Shown: piece by piece, positions 1-9,778 of the stretch
Layout: every line of letters begins with the position of its first letter
How positions within the stretch are numbered: the stretch's first letter is position 1
Origin: Minisyncoccota bacterium
Lineage (GTDB): Bacteria; Patescibacteriota; Minisyncoccia; Phycocordibacterales; XYD1-FULL-46-19
Length of the DNA: 64,000 nucleotides
Direction: 5' to 3'
Assembly: GCA_041657405.1 (NCBI GenBank)
Contig: JBBABX010000002.1
Span: forward strand, 108,915 to 172,914
Program-made: the position numbers and the translations under genes
The notes under the pieces: generated by a model
What the model was told of the DNA's origin: nothing
What the model saw: the letters and a program-made list of their open reading frames with translations, nothing else
Databases searched by the model: none

Positions 1-359
1 TTTAGGAGAGCGTTAAAAGCATCTTTAGTCAGCATATGAACCTCGTCTATGATGTAGACTTTATAAGGCGATTCAAATGGCAAAGTGCCAACCGCTTCGC
101 GTAAAGCGCGGATTTCGTCAATCCCTCGGTTAGAAGCGGCATCTATTTCAGACAAATCTCGTTCCGAACAACCGATAGTTTTCGCCAGCAGTCTCGCCAC
201 ACTAGTCTTGCCAGTACCTCGCGGACCAGCAAAAAGATAAGCATGAACTAGGCCTTTATTTTTTAAGGCAGTTTCTATGACTTCTGTTACTTGTTCTTGC
301 CCCAAAACTTCATTGAATTTCTGAGGACGATATTTGAGATATAAAGTTTGTTTAGACAT
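1..359 (-). CDS. dnaX: DNA polymerase III subunit gamma/tau, N-terminal part (3' end cut by window edge)
   Basis: Reverse translation from ATG at 359 gives MSKQTLYLKYRPQKFNEVLGQEQV...AGPRGTGKTSVARLLAK...YKVYIIDEVHML. Walker A (GPRGTGKTS) and the DEVH box are typical of DnaX. Confidence 0.8.
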   Translation of the reverse strand, partial: MSKQTLYLKYRPQKFNEVLGQEQVTEVIETALKNKGLVHAYLFAGPRGTGKTSVARLLAKTIGCSERDLSEIDAASNRGIDEIRALREAVGTLPFESPYKVYIIDEVHMLTKDAFNALL

Positions 360-408
360 ATTGAGATTATACCGAAAGAATAAAGAAAAATAAAATCGCC
401 CAAACTCT

Positions 409-663
409 TTAACGAGAGTGGGCGATTAAACGATACTTCCTTATCACATAAAGTCTCCAAACAAAATTCGGCAAGATGGGCGCGAGATTAACTTCTTTTG
501 CAACCTCTCTGTCCTCAATTACAGAGTGAATTAAAACTTCTTCAGAAGCTATCTTACAAGAATCCTCTTTTGGCAACAAAATTTCAGCCCAAGGAATGAG
601 TTGGGGAAACGAGTACGGCTTTATCGTGACCTTGTTTTGTTCCTCCTTTTTTAAAACATTCAT
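409..663 (-). CDS. small hypothetical protein upstream of dnaX (track ORF extends to 744; Met with better RBS at 663)
   Basis: ORF 409..744. The internal start MNVLKKEEQNK is preceded by AAGGAGG. No recognisable domain. Confidence 0.3.
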   Translation of the reverse strand: MNVLKKEEQNKVTIKPYSFPQLIPWAEILLPKEDSCKIASEEVLIHSVIEDREVAKEVNLAPILPNFVWRLYVIRKYRLIAHSR

Positions 664-958
664 TTCATCCTCCTTAATCAAACCAATCAAGTTTGGATCG
701 AGGACGAAAAAACTTGGAAAAGAGACCGAGACCGACCATGACAAGGAGCAGGAAACAAATCTTCAAAAAGAAGATGAGATTCCAGCGGATAAAAAGAACA
801 AATCGAGAAAACATATAGGACCTCCTTTCTTTACTTTCTTTCTTTATTAGAACATATTTTAATTAAAAAGGGAATAGTCTTAGAAAATAAGCTTTCTGAA
901 ATTTTAATGGTTTTATCTTCCCCTTTCAAAAAAACTGTAATCAATTTATACTGAACAA

Positions 959-1600
959 ATGAAAATTCCTAAATTAAGAAATTTAAAATCCACTCGTTTT
1001 TTGATTAGACGATCAATTAATTTATTTATTTCAAATCAATTAAAAGGCAAAAAAATACCAATCATCTTGGATATCGGAGCTGGAATGGGTCCTTACCAAA
1101 AATTAATCAATTATGATAAATATATCCCTTTGGATATTGAAAATAGAAGCAATGATCCAAATTTAATAATTGGGGACCTTAATAAAAAAATCCCTTTACA
1201 AAATAATTACGCTGACGGAGTAATTTGCACAGAAGTTTTGGAACACATAAAGAACCCTCAAAATGCGCTCAATGAAATTTATAGAGTGTTAAAAAAAGAT
1301 GGTTTTTTAATTTTAACCACTCCTATGACTTGGCCTCTTCACGAAGAGCCTCATGATTATTATCGTTACACCAAATATGGTCTTAAATATCTCTTAGAAA
1401 ATGCTGGCTTTGTTAATATAAAAATAGAACCTAGCTGTTGTTATCCTTATACAATCGCGCAATTAGTTGTAACTTATCTTCGGCCCAAAATATACGTTCC
1501 CATAGTTATTTTAATAAATATTTTTGGCGTCCTAGCTAGCAAATTTAATCAAAATTACAATATGCCTTTAAACAACCAAGTTGTTGCTTACAAAAAATAA
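959..1600 (+). CDS. class I SAM-dependent methyltransferase (Methyltransf_11-like)
   Basis: LDIGAGMGP SAM-binding motif, then DGVICTEVLEHIKNP and LKKDGFLILTTP motifs. Confidence 0.65.
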   Translation: MKIPKLRNLKSTRFLIRRSINLFISNQLKGKKIPIILDIGAGMGPYQKLINYDKYIPLDIENRSNDPNLIIGDLNKKIPLQNNYADGVICTEVLEHIKNPQNALNEIYRVLKKDGFLILTTPMTWPLHEEPHDYYRYTKYGLKYLLENAGFVNIKIEPSCCYPYTIAQLVVTYLRPKIYVPIVILINIFGVLASKFNQNYNMPLNNQVVAYKK

Positions 1601-1629
1601 ATTACGTGCGATCTTAATGAGCACAAAAA

Positions 1630-2580
1630 TCAAGTTATTAATTTTTGTTTTAATAAAATTTTCTTAATCTCCTCTGGGTTTTTTGCCCCCATCAATTGCT
1701 CACGCAAAAAAGAAGCCCCAACAAAACCGCGAACATAAGCTTTAAAATGTTTTTTCATTACTGCAAAATTTTTCTGATGTCCGTAGAAAAGTTTTTTGTT
1801 AGTTTTAGTTGGTCCATACAAATTCCAAAATAATTCCGTATGCTCCAACATTACCCTTAACCTATCCTCAAGTGAAAGTTTTCTTTTATGGTTGTTAATC
1901 AAGAGCCAAGGATTTCCAAAGGCCCCACGACCAATCATGATGCCATCAGCGCCAAAATATTTGGCCTTTTCTAGGCCATCTTTAATATCAATTACATCAC
2001 CGTTACCGATTATTATAATTTCCTCTTTTTGAATTCTTGAAACAATTTCTGGAAAAATTTCCCAATGAGCCGGAGACAAAGACATTTCTTTTCTAGTTCT
2101 CAAATGAACAGTCAAAGCAGCTGGTTTTTTATCAATGATTTTTTCTAACCAAGAAAAATCAATCTCATTGTAACCAAGTCGGGTTTTAACCGAAACTGGT
2201 AAATCCCCTGCTCCTTGTTTGGCCGCGACAATAATTTCTTGAGCCAAAACTGGATCTTTTATTAACGCGGCACCGGATTTTTGCTTTTCAATTGTTTTAT
2301 CAGGACAACCCATATTCAAATCCAATCCATCAAAACCAAGCTCTTTTATTAATTGAGCTGTTTTCTCTACATTTTCTGGTTGTGAACCAAAAATCTGTGC
2401 CACAATCGGTCGCTCTTCTTCAGTGTAATAAAGTTCACGTAACAATTTTAATCGCCCCTCATCACTCACTAAACCATCGCACGAAACAAACTCAGTAAAT
2501 AAAACTAGTTCGGGCGCCCCCTTAGTTTTCTGTGTTTTACTATATTTAACAAACATTGCCCGAAAAGCGGCGTCCGTCAT
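1630..2580 (-). CDS. dus: tRNA-dihydrouridine synthase
   Basis: FGSQPE, DGLDLNMGCP and KTRLG motifs plus a TIM-barrel FMN site, typical of the Dus family. Confidence 0.8.
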   Translation of the reverse strand: MTDAAFRAMFVKYSKTQKTKGAPELVLFTEFVSCDGLVSDEGRLKLLRELYYTEEERPIVAQIFGSQPENVEKTAQLIKELGFDGLDLNMGCPDKTIEKQKSGAALIKDPVLAQEIIVAAKQGAGDLPVSVKTRLGYNEIDFSWLEKIIDKKPAALTVHLRTRKEMSLSPAHWEIFPEIVSRIQKEEIIIIGNGDVIDIKDGLEKAKYFGADGIMIGRGAFGNPWLLINNHKRKLSLEDRLRVMLEHTELFWNLYGPTKTNKKLFYGHQKNFAVMKKHFKAYVRGFVGASFLREQLMGAKNPEEIKKILLKQKLIT

Positions 2581-2715
2581 ACATTGGCGCTAAAGCAAAA
2601 AATGGTTTATTCAGTTTTTCCCAAAAAGATTTCATTTGATTAATATATCCAAACTAATAGAAAAATAAAAGCCAAAACGGAAACAAGTCCGCTTTGGCCA
2701 CCTTGAAACATCCAA

Positions 2716-2904
2716 TCAACCGTCAATTCCCACCCTTTCAAAATTGCGATAGTAGGCTGGGTTGTTGTCTATCACTCGCTTCTCCCTTGGAGGCTTGCGC
2801 GCAACCAAGCAGACATTATTCCAATCAATCAATTTTGCTCGTGGTGGAGACTGAACATTATCCACCACTAGGGCCTCAATCGTCATACCAATTTTTCCAA
2901 CCAT
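2716..2904 (-). CDS. hypothetical protein (possible C-terminal half of split gene)
   Basis: 62-aa ORF overlapping the end of 2883..3221. Either a frameshift or two overlapping small genes. Confidence 0.25.
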   Translation of the reverse strand: MVGKIGMTIEALVVDNVQSPPRAKLIDWNNVCLVARKPPREKRVIDNNPAYYRNFERVGIDG

Positions 2905-3221
2905 ATAACAACGGTGTGTCCATCAAGTAAGTAGGTTCCCTCAGGCCCCTTCTCAATAATGGGCGGTAAGTAATGAGCAACGTAGGTTTGCCCATTAGCC
3001 TCTCCAATGACAATCATCGGTGTTTTTTTGGCAATACCGGCCGAGACGTGAAAACCAGCAAAGATGTCAGAAAATTCAGACAGAAACTTAATGACTTTCG
3101 ATGTCAAGACAAATGTCTGCATTGTCCGCACCGAAAAAGGAGAGATTCGATCCATTTTTATCCGACAATTACGATAAGGAAAGATCCCAGCGCCACCCGC
3201 CAAATTCACAGCCCAAAACAT
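2883..3221 (-). CDS. hypothetical protein (possibly the N-terminal half of a split gene with 2716..2904)
   Basis: Protein-like composition. Overlaps the next ORF by 22 nt in another frame. No confident family assignment; dUTPase/dCTP-deaminase-like resemblance is weak. Confidence 0.3.
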   Translation of the reverse strand: MFWAVNLAGGAGIFPYRNCRIKMDRISPFSVRTMQTFVLTSKVIKFLSEFSDIFAGFHVSAGIAKKTPMIVIGEANGQTYVAHYLPPIIEKGPEGTYLLDGHTVVIWLEKLV

Positions 3222-3230
3222 TTAAAGGAA

Positions 3231-3548
3231 GATTATGAAATTTTTATTGTTTCAAAAAACAAAAAAGATGGGCGTGAATTTGCAAAAAAGTGGTTGAAAA
3301 AACATTTACCATTCTTAAAAATAAAAAATATCGTTTTTGTCGAAAAAAATTCAGATAAATATAAGGTTTGCCAAAACCTAAAAGTTAAATTTATGATAGA
3401 TGATAGCCCAGAAATTTTTGACTTTTTCCCCAATAATTCCCAAATAAAACCTATCTTATTTGGAGTTAAAAAAACAGCCCCAAAAAGAAACTTAAACAGA
3501 GCTAAGGATTGGAAAAGTATATTTGAATTAATTAAAAAATTCGACTGA
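3231..3548 (+). pseudogene. 5'(3')-deoxyribonucleotidase (NT5C/HAD-like) C-terminal fragment; no intact N-terminal DxD half found
   Basis: C-terminal ~105 aa (KKWLKKHLPF...VKFMIDDSPEIF...ILFGVKKTAP) matches the NT5C-type HAD C-terminal half. In-frame upstream sequence (2973-3230) is Cys/His/Arg-rich and non-protein-like, and it overlaps a minus-strand ORF. No ATG for the fragment. Confidence 0.3.
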
Positions 3549-3550
3549 TT

Positions 3551-4585
3551 TTATCTAAAACTCGGTTGGAAGTTGTTATTGATGAAAATTGGCAATTTTT
3601 CCACGCCAACTACGCCATCTTGGCTTAATTTTAGTTTTAGAGCAAGGCCCGACATGGTTTCGGCGGAAAAATTTTGATCAAAAACAAAATTACCAAGACT
3701 GTAAGCAATATATTGATTGTTTATTGTTTCTTCGTCTTGGACCACGTGTGGATGATGTCCAATAACAGCCGTCGCGCCGGCCATCAAAGCTTTTTTAGCA
3801 ATTTGTTCTTGTTTGTCATTATGAATTTTTTGATACTCCTCGCCAAAGTGGATAGTCACAATCAAGACATCTGTCTGTTTTGCAGCTTGAGAAATTATGT
3901 CAGCAAACCTGAAATTACTAGCCAGCAAGATTCCAGCATCTTGTTCGGTTGCAACTAACCAGCTTGGTCCCACATCAGAAAAACCCAAAAAACCAACCTT
4001 CAAACCATTTTTCTCAATAATAACCGGTTCCTCCGCTTCGGCTTTGGTCAACCCCCCACCAACATAAGCAAAGCGATTTGCCGCGAGATGATTTAAGGAA
4101 TCAACAAAAGCAATTCGCCCCCAATCACCAGCATGATTGTTGGCAACATTTAGAACATCAAACCCAACTTTTTTTAAAGCAGGTAAAATTTTTAGCGACA
4201 TTCGAAAAGAATATAGATTGCCAGTATCCGCCCCTTGGTCGGAAATCGGCCCTTCTAAATTTCCCAACAAAATATCAGCCCCATCTTTGAACCCGTGAAG
4301 ATTTTCAAAAACATAAGAGAAGTCACCGCCACCTTTTTTGCTAACCATTTGAGCCACTCCTCGATTAAGCATAATGTCACCAACAGTCAACAAAATAATT
4401 TCTTTTGATTTGTTTTCGAAATTTAAAAAAGAAATCAAATTTAAGTTTTCTTTTAAAAAATTACCTGATTTTGGTTTAAGACAAAAACCCCAAAAAATTA
4501 TACTTAAGGCCATAAACAAAAAACAAAAAATCCTCAAAAGTTTTTTCTTTGAATTTTTATTTATTTTTTTTATAATTCCTCCCAT
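3551..4585 (-). CDS. CapA/PgsA-family metallophosphoesterase (poly-gamma-glutamate synthesis-like)
   Basis: GDIML, GNLEGP, NVANNHAGDWG and TIHFGEEY motifs, plus an N-terminal TM anchor. Confidence 0.75.
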   Translation of the reverse strand: MGGIIKKINKNSKKKLLRIFCFLFMALSIIFWGFCLKPKSGNFLKENLNLISFLNFENKSKEIILLTVGDIMLNRGVAQMVSKKGGGDFSYVFENLHGFKDGADILLGNLEGPISDQGADTGNLYSFRMSLKILPALKKVGFDVLNVANNHAGDWGRIAFVDSLNHLAANRFAYVGGGLTKAEAEEPVIIEKNGLKVGFLGFSDVGPSWLVATEQDAGILLASNFRFADIISQAAKQTDVLIVTIHFGEEYQKIHNDKQEQIAKKALMAGATAVIGHHPHVVQDEETINNQYIAYSLGNFVFDQNFSAETMSGLALKLKLSQDGVVGVEKLPIFINNNFQPSFR

Positions 4586-5985
4586 CCAAAATTATCTAAA
4601 GGTTTAAAGACAGATGGTCCACTATAAGAGACATTCCCAGCCACATAATTGATAATATTTTTAGTATCAGTTTTACGGTCATCACTACCCAATAAAACTA
4701 AAACTATTTTCCGATTTTCAAATTCTGACAAAGGCAATTCAAACAGCGCGAGCAATGTGCGATTAGCTTCATCAGTGTAACCGTTTTTGCCACCAGCATA
4801 ATAATTCATTCCAATCAAATTATTACGGTTTGTCCAGACAAAGCGTCCATATTTGTATTCTTTTAATTTAGTGATCTCAAACAAAAAAGCTTTATTTTGA
4901 TGAATATAATCAGCCAATCTGACCAGATCTTCAGCTGAAGAAATGTTATTGGGAGACAAACCGCTTGGATCTTCAAAAATTGTCCCCGTCATTCCAAGTT
5001 CTTTAGCTTTCTTGTTCATTCTCGCGATAAATTTGTCACGTCCTGCCCTCTCAGCAATTGCTTCAGCAGCGTCATTGCTTGATTCCAAAAGAAGCGGATA
5101 AAGCATAATTTCTAACGAGAACTTATCTCCGATTCGAAAATAACCACTCCCGCCATAAGTCTCGTAAGCTTGACGAGAAATTTCTATTTCCTCTTCTGGT
5201 TTAAATAATTCAAACGCGATTAAAGCTGTCATTAATTTAGTGACAGAAGCAACCGGCACCATCTTATCTTTATTTTTGCTCAAAATAACTTCCTTAGTCT
5301 TTAAATCGGCTACCAAATAAGAATTGGCGGTGAGGGCGCGAGGTTTAGATTTTTTCACAATATAAGAAAAATGATTATTTTCCCCCATCGTCCAACGCGC
5401 GCCATAAACCAAAACTCTGGTATCGATATCTATCCAATCAAAAATTTCTGCCGCCTCTTTGGTTTTCAACCGAAAACCACCGGCGTCTGTTTTAATTTTT
5501 TGACTTTTATTATTAGTTGGCTCTCCATGAATAAGAGAGTTGCCAAAAAACTGAATTGTGTAAGGAAATCTTATCTTGGCAATTGGCGAAAAATGATCTT
5601 CTTTTTTTCTTATAACCGCAAAACTTCCTCCCGAGGTTTCCCAAGCAGAACCGCTTGTTGGAATTGAAATCAAACTAAAAGATTTAAAAAGAACACCTCT
5701 GTCAAAAAGATGTAATTTAGTATTTTTAACGTCAATAATTATAGACTTGCCAATTGGAGGGACAGGCGTTTTCCCAACATCAAAATTAGAATAACTAGCT
5801 TGCAAAGTTGAATCAACAAGGGCTAAGTTAGATTTATAGCTAAATATCTCTCCATCTAAAAACTTAGAATAAAGAAATTCACCAACCAAGAAGAAAAGAA
5901 GGCTAAAAACCAAAATTACCGCTAGCGCGATAATTCCCAAGAATGAAAATTTTCCTAATTTTCCTAAATTATTTTTCTTGTTCAT
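4570..5985 (-). CDS. serine-type D-Ala-D-Ala carboxypeptidase (peptidase S11) with N-terminal L,D-transpeptidase-like domain
   Basis: SxxK (ASVTKLMT), SxN (SSND) and KTG-like (KNGYT) motifs. The N-terminal region has HG...DAGGFRL, resembling a YkuD domain with Cys replaced by Gly. N-terminal TM. Confidence 0.65.
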   Translation of the reverse strand: MNKKNNLGKLGKFSFLGIIALAVILVFSLLFFLVGEFLYSKFLDGEIFSYKSNLALVDSTLQASYSNFDVGKTPVPPIGKSIIIDVKNTKLHLFDRGVLFKSFSLISIPTSGSAWETSGGSFAVIRKKEDHFSPIAKIRFPYTIQFFGNSLIHGEPTNNKSQKIKTDAGGFRLKTKEAAEIFDWIDIDTRVLVYGARWTMGENNHFSYIVKKSKPRALTANSYLVADLKTKEVILSKNKDKMVPVASVTKLMTALIAFELFKPEEEIEISRQAYETYGGSGYFRIGDKFSLEIMLYPLLLESSNDAAEAIAERAGRDKFIARMNKKAKELGMTGTIFEDPSGLSPNNISSAEDLVRLADYIHQNKAFLFEITKLKEYKYGRFVWTNRNNLIGMNYYAGGKNGYTDEANRTLLALFELPLSEFENRKIVLVLLGSDDRKTDTKNIINYVAGNVSYSGPSVFKPLDNFGWEEL

Positions 5986-8449
5986 TATTAATCATTAAAT
6001 TCAAATCAGGTTCTTTAAATTCAATTTTATCACCCTGGGTTAAATTTCCCCCAATAACTGACTCGGCAATTTTTTGCTCTATATTATCTTGAATAAAACG
6101 CTGCATCGGCCTAGCTCCAAAAACTTCATTAGCCCCTAAGGTGGCTACTGTTTTCACCAGATAATCGTTGACCAGAAGCTCTAGACCTTGTTTGGTTAAA
6201 CGTTTACTCAACTTTACCAACATCAATCGGGAAATCTCTTCTAATGCTTCTGAGGATAAGGGTTCGAAAACAATAGTCGCATCAAAACGGTTTAAAAGTT
6301 CTGGTCGAAATATTCCCTTGGTGACAATATAATTTATAAGATTATTAGCAGTATTTTTTTCTTCGTCTTTTTGTTTAAAGTTTTTCCAAATTAATTCTGC
6401 GCCCGCATTAGAAGTTGCAATAAAGATTATATTTCTGGCATTAACTTTTTTGCCCCTCATATCAGAAAAAACACCTTCATCCAAGATTTGTAAAAAAAGA
6501 TTCAACACTTCACGGTTGGTTTTTTCAAATTCATCCAATAGTAATACACCATAAGGATTTTCACGAAGCATATCTACCAAAATTCCAGTTTTGCCAGTTT
6601 CAAATGAACCAATTAATTTAGTTAGGGCTTCTTCATTTTGAAATTCGGACATATCTAAACGTAACAAGCTGGATTCGCGACCAAAAATAACTTCAGCCAA
6701 AGCTTTGGCTGTTTCGGTTTTACCGACCCCAGTCGGTCCCAAAAAAAGAAAAGATCCAATCGGTCGATTAAGGTTGCGAATTCCAGCTCGAGACCTTCTT
6801 AAGGCTCCCGAAATTGACTTAATCGCTTCAATTTGTCCGACCACTCTTTTATGTATTTCAATTTCTAAATTTTGCAATTTGGTTCGTTCTTCAACTCCAA
6901 TTTCTCCCAGAGGGGTATTAGTTTTACTGGAAATAAATTTTTGGACATCATTTTTTTTAATAATTTTGAGTTCAAGTTTTTGGGCCCAAGGAATAATTTC
7001 TGCGATTAAATCAACAACCTTATCACTTGATGAACTTTCGGCAAAATAATTATCAGCTCCCCAAATTATTTCTAGTAAAGATTGGTAGGTAAAAAATAAT
7101 TTATATTTAGCTTCTATTTGCCAAACGGTTTCTTCCAAACCATGAATGAGCATCTCTGAATTTATTTCTTTGACAAAAATACGGTCAAAGAAATTCATCA
7201 ATTCAATATTAACAGCCAAAAAACGATGAAAAATATCATTAGTAGTAACGGCAACAATCTGGAAAGCATTACTTTGCAAATATTCTTCAACCAAACTCAA
7301 GAAAGAAGACCCTAAAGTTTGAAAACCAATCATCAAATTATAGATATCATCAATCACCAAAATTATATTGCCCGCCTTTTGAGCTTCGCTAAAAATTTTA
7401 AGCAATTCTCGTTCAGCATTGGATCGATCTTTAAAATTAGATAGAAAAACAGAAGCATTAAACAAAACCACCCGCTTATGTTCCAAAACTGGTAGGATAT
7501 TACGATTTTGAATTTTTCTCACCAAATGCCAGGCAACATCCAAGGACTCATCTCGCGAGTTACCAACCAAAATTGCGTTTGCCTCCTTGTCTTTAGCTAA
7601 AATATTTTCTAATTGAGTTATTTCTAAAGAATGAAGGGAATAATCATGACCAATACTAGAATAACGCAAACCTTGCGCCATATCCCAACTATATTTATCT
7701 AAAGTAAAAGTAGCACCAAACCCCCAATCTTTAGCCAAACCTGGAATTTTATTGAGATTAGATTTAGACCACCAACGTTTCGAAAATTCACCAAATTCAA
7801 TCCGATAAACAACCCAGTCAGTTGCTCCCAAAAGTTCTTTTTCAATAATTCCAAATTTTTTCAAAAATTGTGCGAAATCTGGATTTTTCTTGTATAAAAA
7901 CAAAACTAAAGACCGTAATTTTAAAACTCCATCAGTCAAGGTTCGCGGAGGAATTTCACTTACCAACTGTCGATTAATTAAAAATTCTTTCTGTGCTTCT
8001 TCTTCTATTCCTAACCGTAACAATATTTCTTTACCAACCGCCGAAAGGAAAAAACCACGCAAGGCATCTCCTTTTTCGGCCAAGAAAAGAATTCGGCCAA
8101 CGGTGATACTAAAAATATCATCGTTTGTATAACGATTCAAAGCAACATTCTCAAAATAATAAGAATCATTAAAATAAAAATCTAATAATTTAGATGAAAA
8201 ATAAAAAGCCAAACAAATAAAAGTGGCGCCCCAAAAACGTGGTGCCAAAGATGCCCAGACCGCAAAAAATGGAGCAAGAAATAAATTACCAAAAATTTCA
8301 AAAGTTAAAATTGGCAACAACAAAAAAAGAACTAGGGTCCCGCTTATATTTATTAACCAATTTCGTTTTTTCTCACCAATTAAAGAATCCAAAACTAAAA
8401 TTGGATAAAGACGGCTTGATTTTAGATATGCTTGCAATTTATTTGACAT
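5969..8449 (-). CDS. membrane-anchored ClpA/ClpB-like AAA+ ATPase paralogue with degenerate D1
   Basis: N-terminal 2-3 TM helices. D1-like region has GNSRDES in place of Walker A. D2 is intact: FLFLGPTGVGKTETAKALA, LLLDEFEK and sensor/arginine-finger region GARPMQRFIQ. Confidence 0.7.
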   Translation of the reverse strand: MSNKLQAYLKSSRLYPILVLDSLIGEKKRNWLINISGTLVLFLLLPILTFEIFGNLFLAPFFAVWASLAPRFWGATFICLAFYFSSKLLDFYFNDSYYFENVALNRYTNDDIFSITVGRILFLAEKGDALRGFFLSAVGKEILLRLGIEEEAQKEFLINRQLVSEIPPRTLTDGVLKLRSLVLFLYKKNPDFAQFLKKFGIIEKELLGATDWVVYRIEFGEFSKRWWSKSNLNKIPGLAKDWGFGATFTLDKYSWDMAQGLRYSSIGHDYSLHSLEITQLENILAKDKEANAILVGNSRDESLDVAWHLVRKIQNRNILPVLEHKRVVLFNASVFLSNFKDRSNAERELLKIFSEAQKAGNIILVIDDIYNLMIGFQTLGSSFLSLVEEYLQSNAFQIVAVTTNDIFHRFLAVNIELMNFFDRIFVKEINSEMLIHGLEETVWQIEAKYKLFFTYQSLLEIIWGADNYFAESSSSDKVVDLIAEIIPWAQKLELKIIKKNDVQKFISSKTNTPLGEIGVEERTKLQNLEIEIHKRVVGQIEAIKSISGALRRSRAGIRNLNRPIGSFLFLGPTGVGKTETAKALAEVIFGRESSLLRLDMSEFQNEEALTKLIGSFETGKTGILVDMLRENPYGVLLLDEFEKTNREVLNLFLQILDEGVFSDMRGKKVNARNIIFIATSNAGAELIWKNFKQKDEEKNTANNLINYIVTKGIFRPELLNRFDATIVFEPLSSEALEEISRLMLVKLSKRLTKQGLELLVNDYLVKTVATLGANEVFGARPMQRFIQDNIEQKIAESVIGGNLTQGDKIEFKEPDLNLMINNEQEK

Positions 8450-8452
8450 AAT

Positions 8453-8845
8453 TTAAAAAAACAAAAGTTTAAACCCAAATCCTAAAAGCAATAGGATAAT
8501 TAGTGGCAAACCCAACCACAATAAAATTAAAATCGGATATAAAAAAACAATTAGAATTAGAGAAACAACCCCAATGATAATGATAATTGACCTCATTATC
8601 ATTCCCACCAATCTCATTAAACTATTAACAACAAAAACCGCCAAAACTTCCTTTAATTTAAACTTGTCTTCAGGATAAGCCTCGCCCATTCGTCGCCAGG
8701 GTTCAAAAAAAGATTTCAAAAGTATTGAAAGAGAAAAATAATCCTTAATAAAAAATAAAATATCGCGATAAATCAAGGTAAACCGAAACAGGGCAATTGA
8801 ATAATGCCAAAAGAAATAATGCCCAATGACCGATAAAATATTCAT
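8453..8845 (-). CDS. small integral membrane protein, hypothetical
   Basis: 130 aa, 3-4 predicted TM segments. In an operon-like array with flanking minus-strand genes. Confidence 0.4.
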   Translation of the reverse strand: MNILSVIGHYFFWHYSIALFRFTLIYRDILFFIKDYFSLSILLKSFFEPWRRMGEAYPEDKFKLKEVLAVFVVNSLMRLVGMIMRSIIIIIGVVSLILIVFLYPILILLWLGLPLIILLLLGFGFKLLFF

Positions 8846-8901
8846 AATATTTTAATTATACAAACATTTTTGACAAGTGACCACACTTTAATAAAGAACT
8901 A

Positions 8902-9774
8902 TTAATTAATAAAACGATAAAATATTTTTTGGTCAAATCGAATGTCAATATATTCCAACCTTCCATTTTGTCGAGTCCAATCAGTCAAAAATATTTTATT
9001 TTTAAGAGTAGAACTCAAACTGCCTAATAATTCAGGAAGGGAACTTTTTTCATTAAATATCACTTGCCACCTTTTATCTTTTTCGGACATTACCCAACCA
9101 GACCAATCGCCATCGGTCAAAGGTTGCCAATAAATCAATTTTGATGAATTACTATTCGGCAAACCGGCAACCAGATGATTAATCGCCAAAGTTAGAGCTT
9201 GAATTTTTTCAACAGTGCTAGAAGACATCACCACCCGACCAATTGGCGACAATGACAAGGGTCCTATAATTTCTGTTATTATCGCTTTTGAAAAAACTGG
9301 TGCTTGTGAATAAATTTCTCCATTTTCATTTAAATAATAGCAATCCTCTTTTTTTATACTATCTTGACCGTCACACCAGACAAGTTTCGCCTTTTTGTCG
9401 TTGACAACAAGTTTTAAAGTATTTAAATCAGGCAAACTGATAACAATTTCAGCCAGTCGAGGAAATTCTTGTTTAAGAGTCTCAACTAAAATCTTTTTGT
9501 GAAGAAAAAAAATACTCCCTTTCGGCACTAACCCTAAATAACGACCAGCAATACTTTTTTGAGCAATTGTTTGAATTAAATCTTTATTTTCAGCAGTGTT
9601 GCCTACCACAACAACAGAATCAAACCTTAAAAAATGCCAATTCAAAAGAATAATAAAACTACCCACTAAAAAAAGTATCAACAAAAAACCTAAAATTATT
9701 TTAATTTTAAGGATTTTTTTCTCACGTTCTTTAGACCTTTTTAAAATGTCACGCTTGCTTTTTGATACCGCCAT
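8902..9774 (-). CDS. FtsQ/DivIB-like cell-division protein (POTRA domain)
   Basis: Basic cytoplasmic N-terminus, a single TM, then a POTRA-like segment VVVGNTAENKDLIQ...LPDLNTLKLVVNDKKAKLVW. Confidence 0.5.
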   Translation of the reverse strand: MAVSKSKRDILKRSKEREKKILKIKIILGFLLILFLVGSFIILLNWHFLRFDSVVVVGNTAENKDLIQTIAQKSIAGRYLGLVPKGSIFFLHKKILVETLKQEFPRLAEIVISLPDLNTLKLVVNDKKAKLVWCDGQDSIKKEDCYYLNENGEIYSQAPVFSKAIITEIIGPLSLSPIGRVVMSSSTVEKIQALTLAINHLVAGLPNSNSSKLIYWQPLTDGDWSGWVMSEKDKRWQVIFNEKSSLPELLGSLSSTLKNKIFLTDWTRQNGRLEYIDIRFDQKIFYRFIN

Positions 9775-9778
9775 GACT

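Noticed and set aside
596-850. 84-aa plus ORF
   Set aside because: Overlaps the minus-strand small gene; low complexity, no RBS.
2973-3230. N-terminal 86 codons of the 191-aa plus ORF
   Set aside because: Cys/His/Arg-rich, atypical for this AT-rich proteome; looks like the antisense of the minus-strand ORF. Only the 3' third appears to be a real (fragmentary) HAD-like coding sequence.
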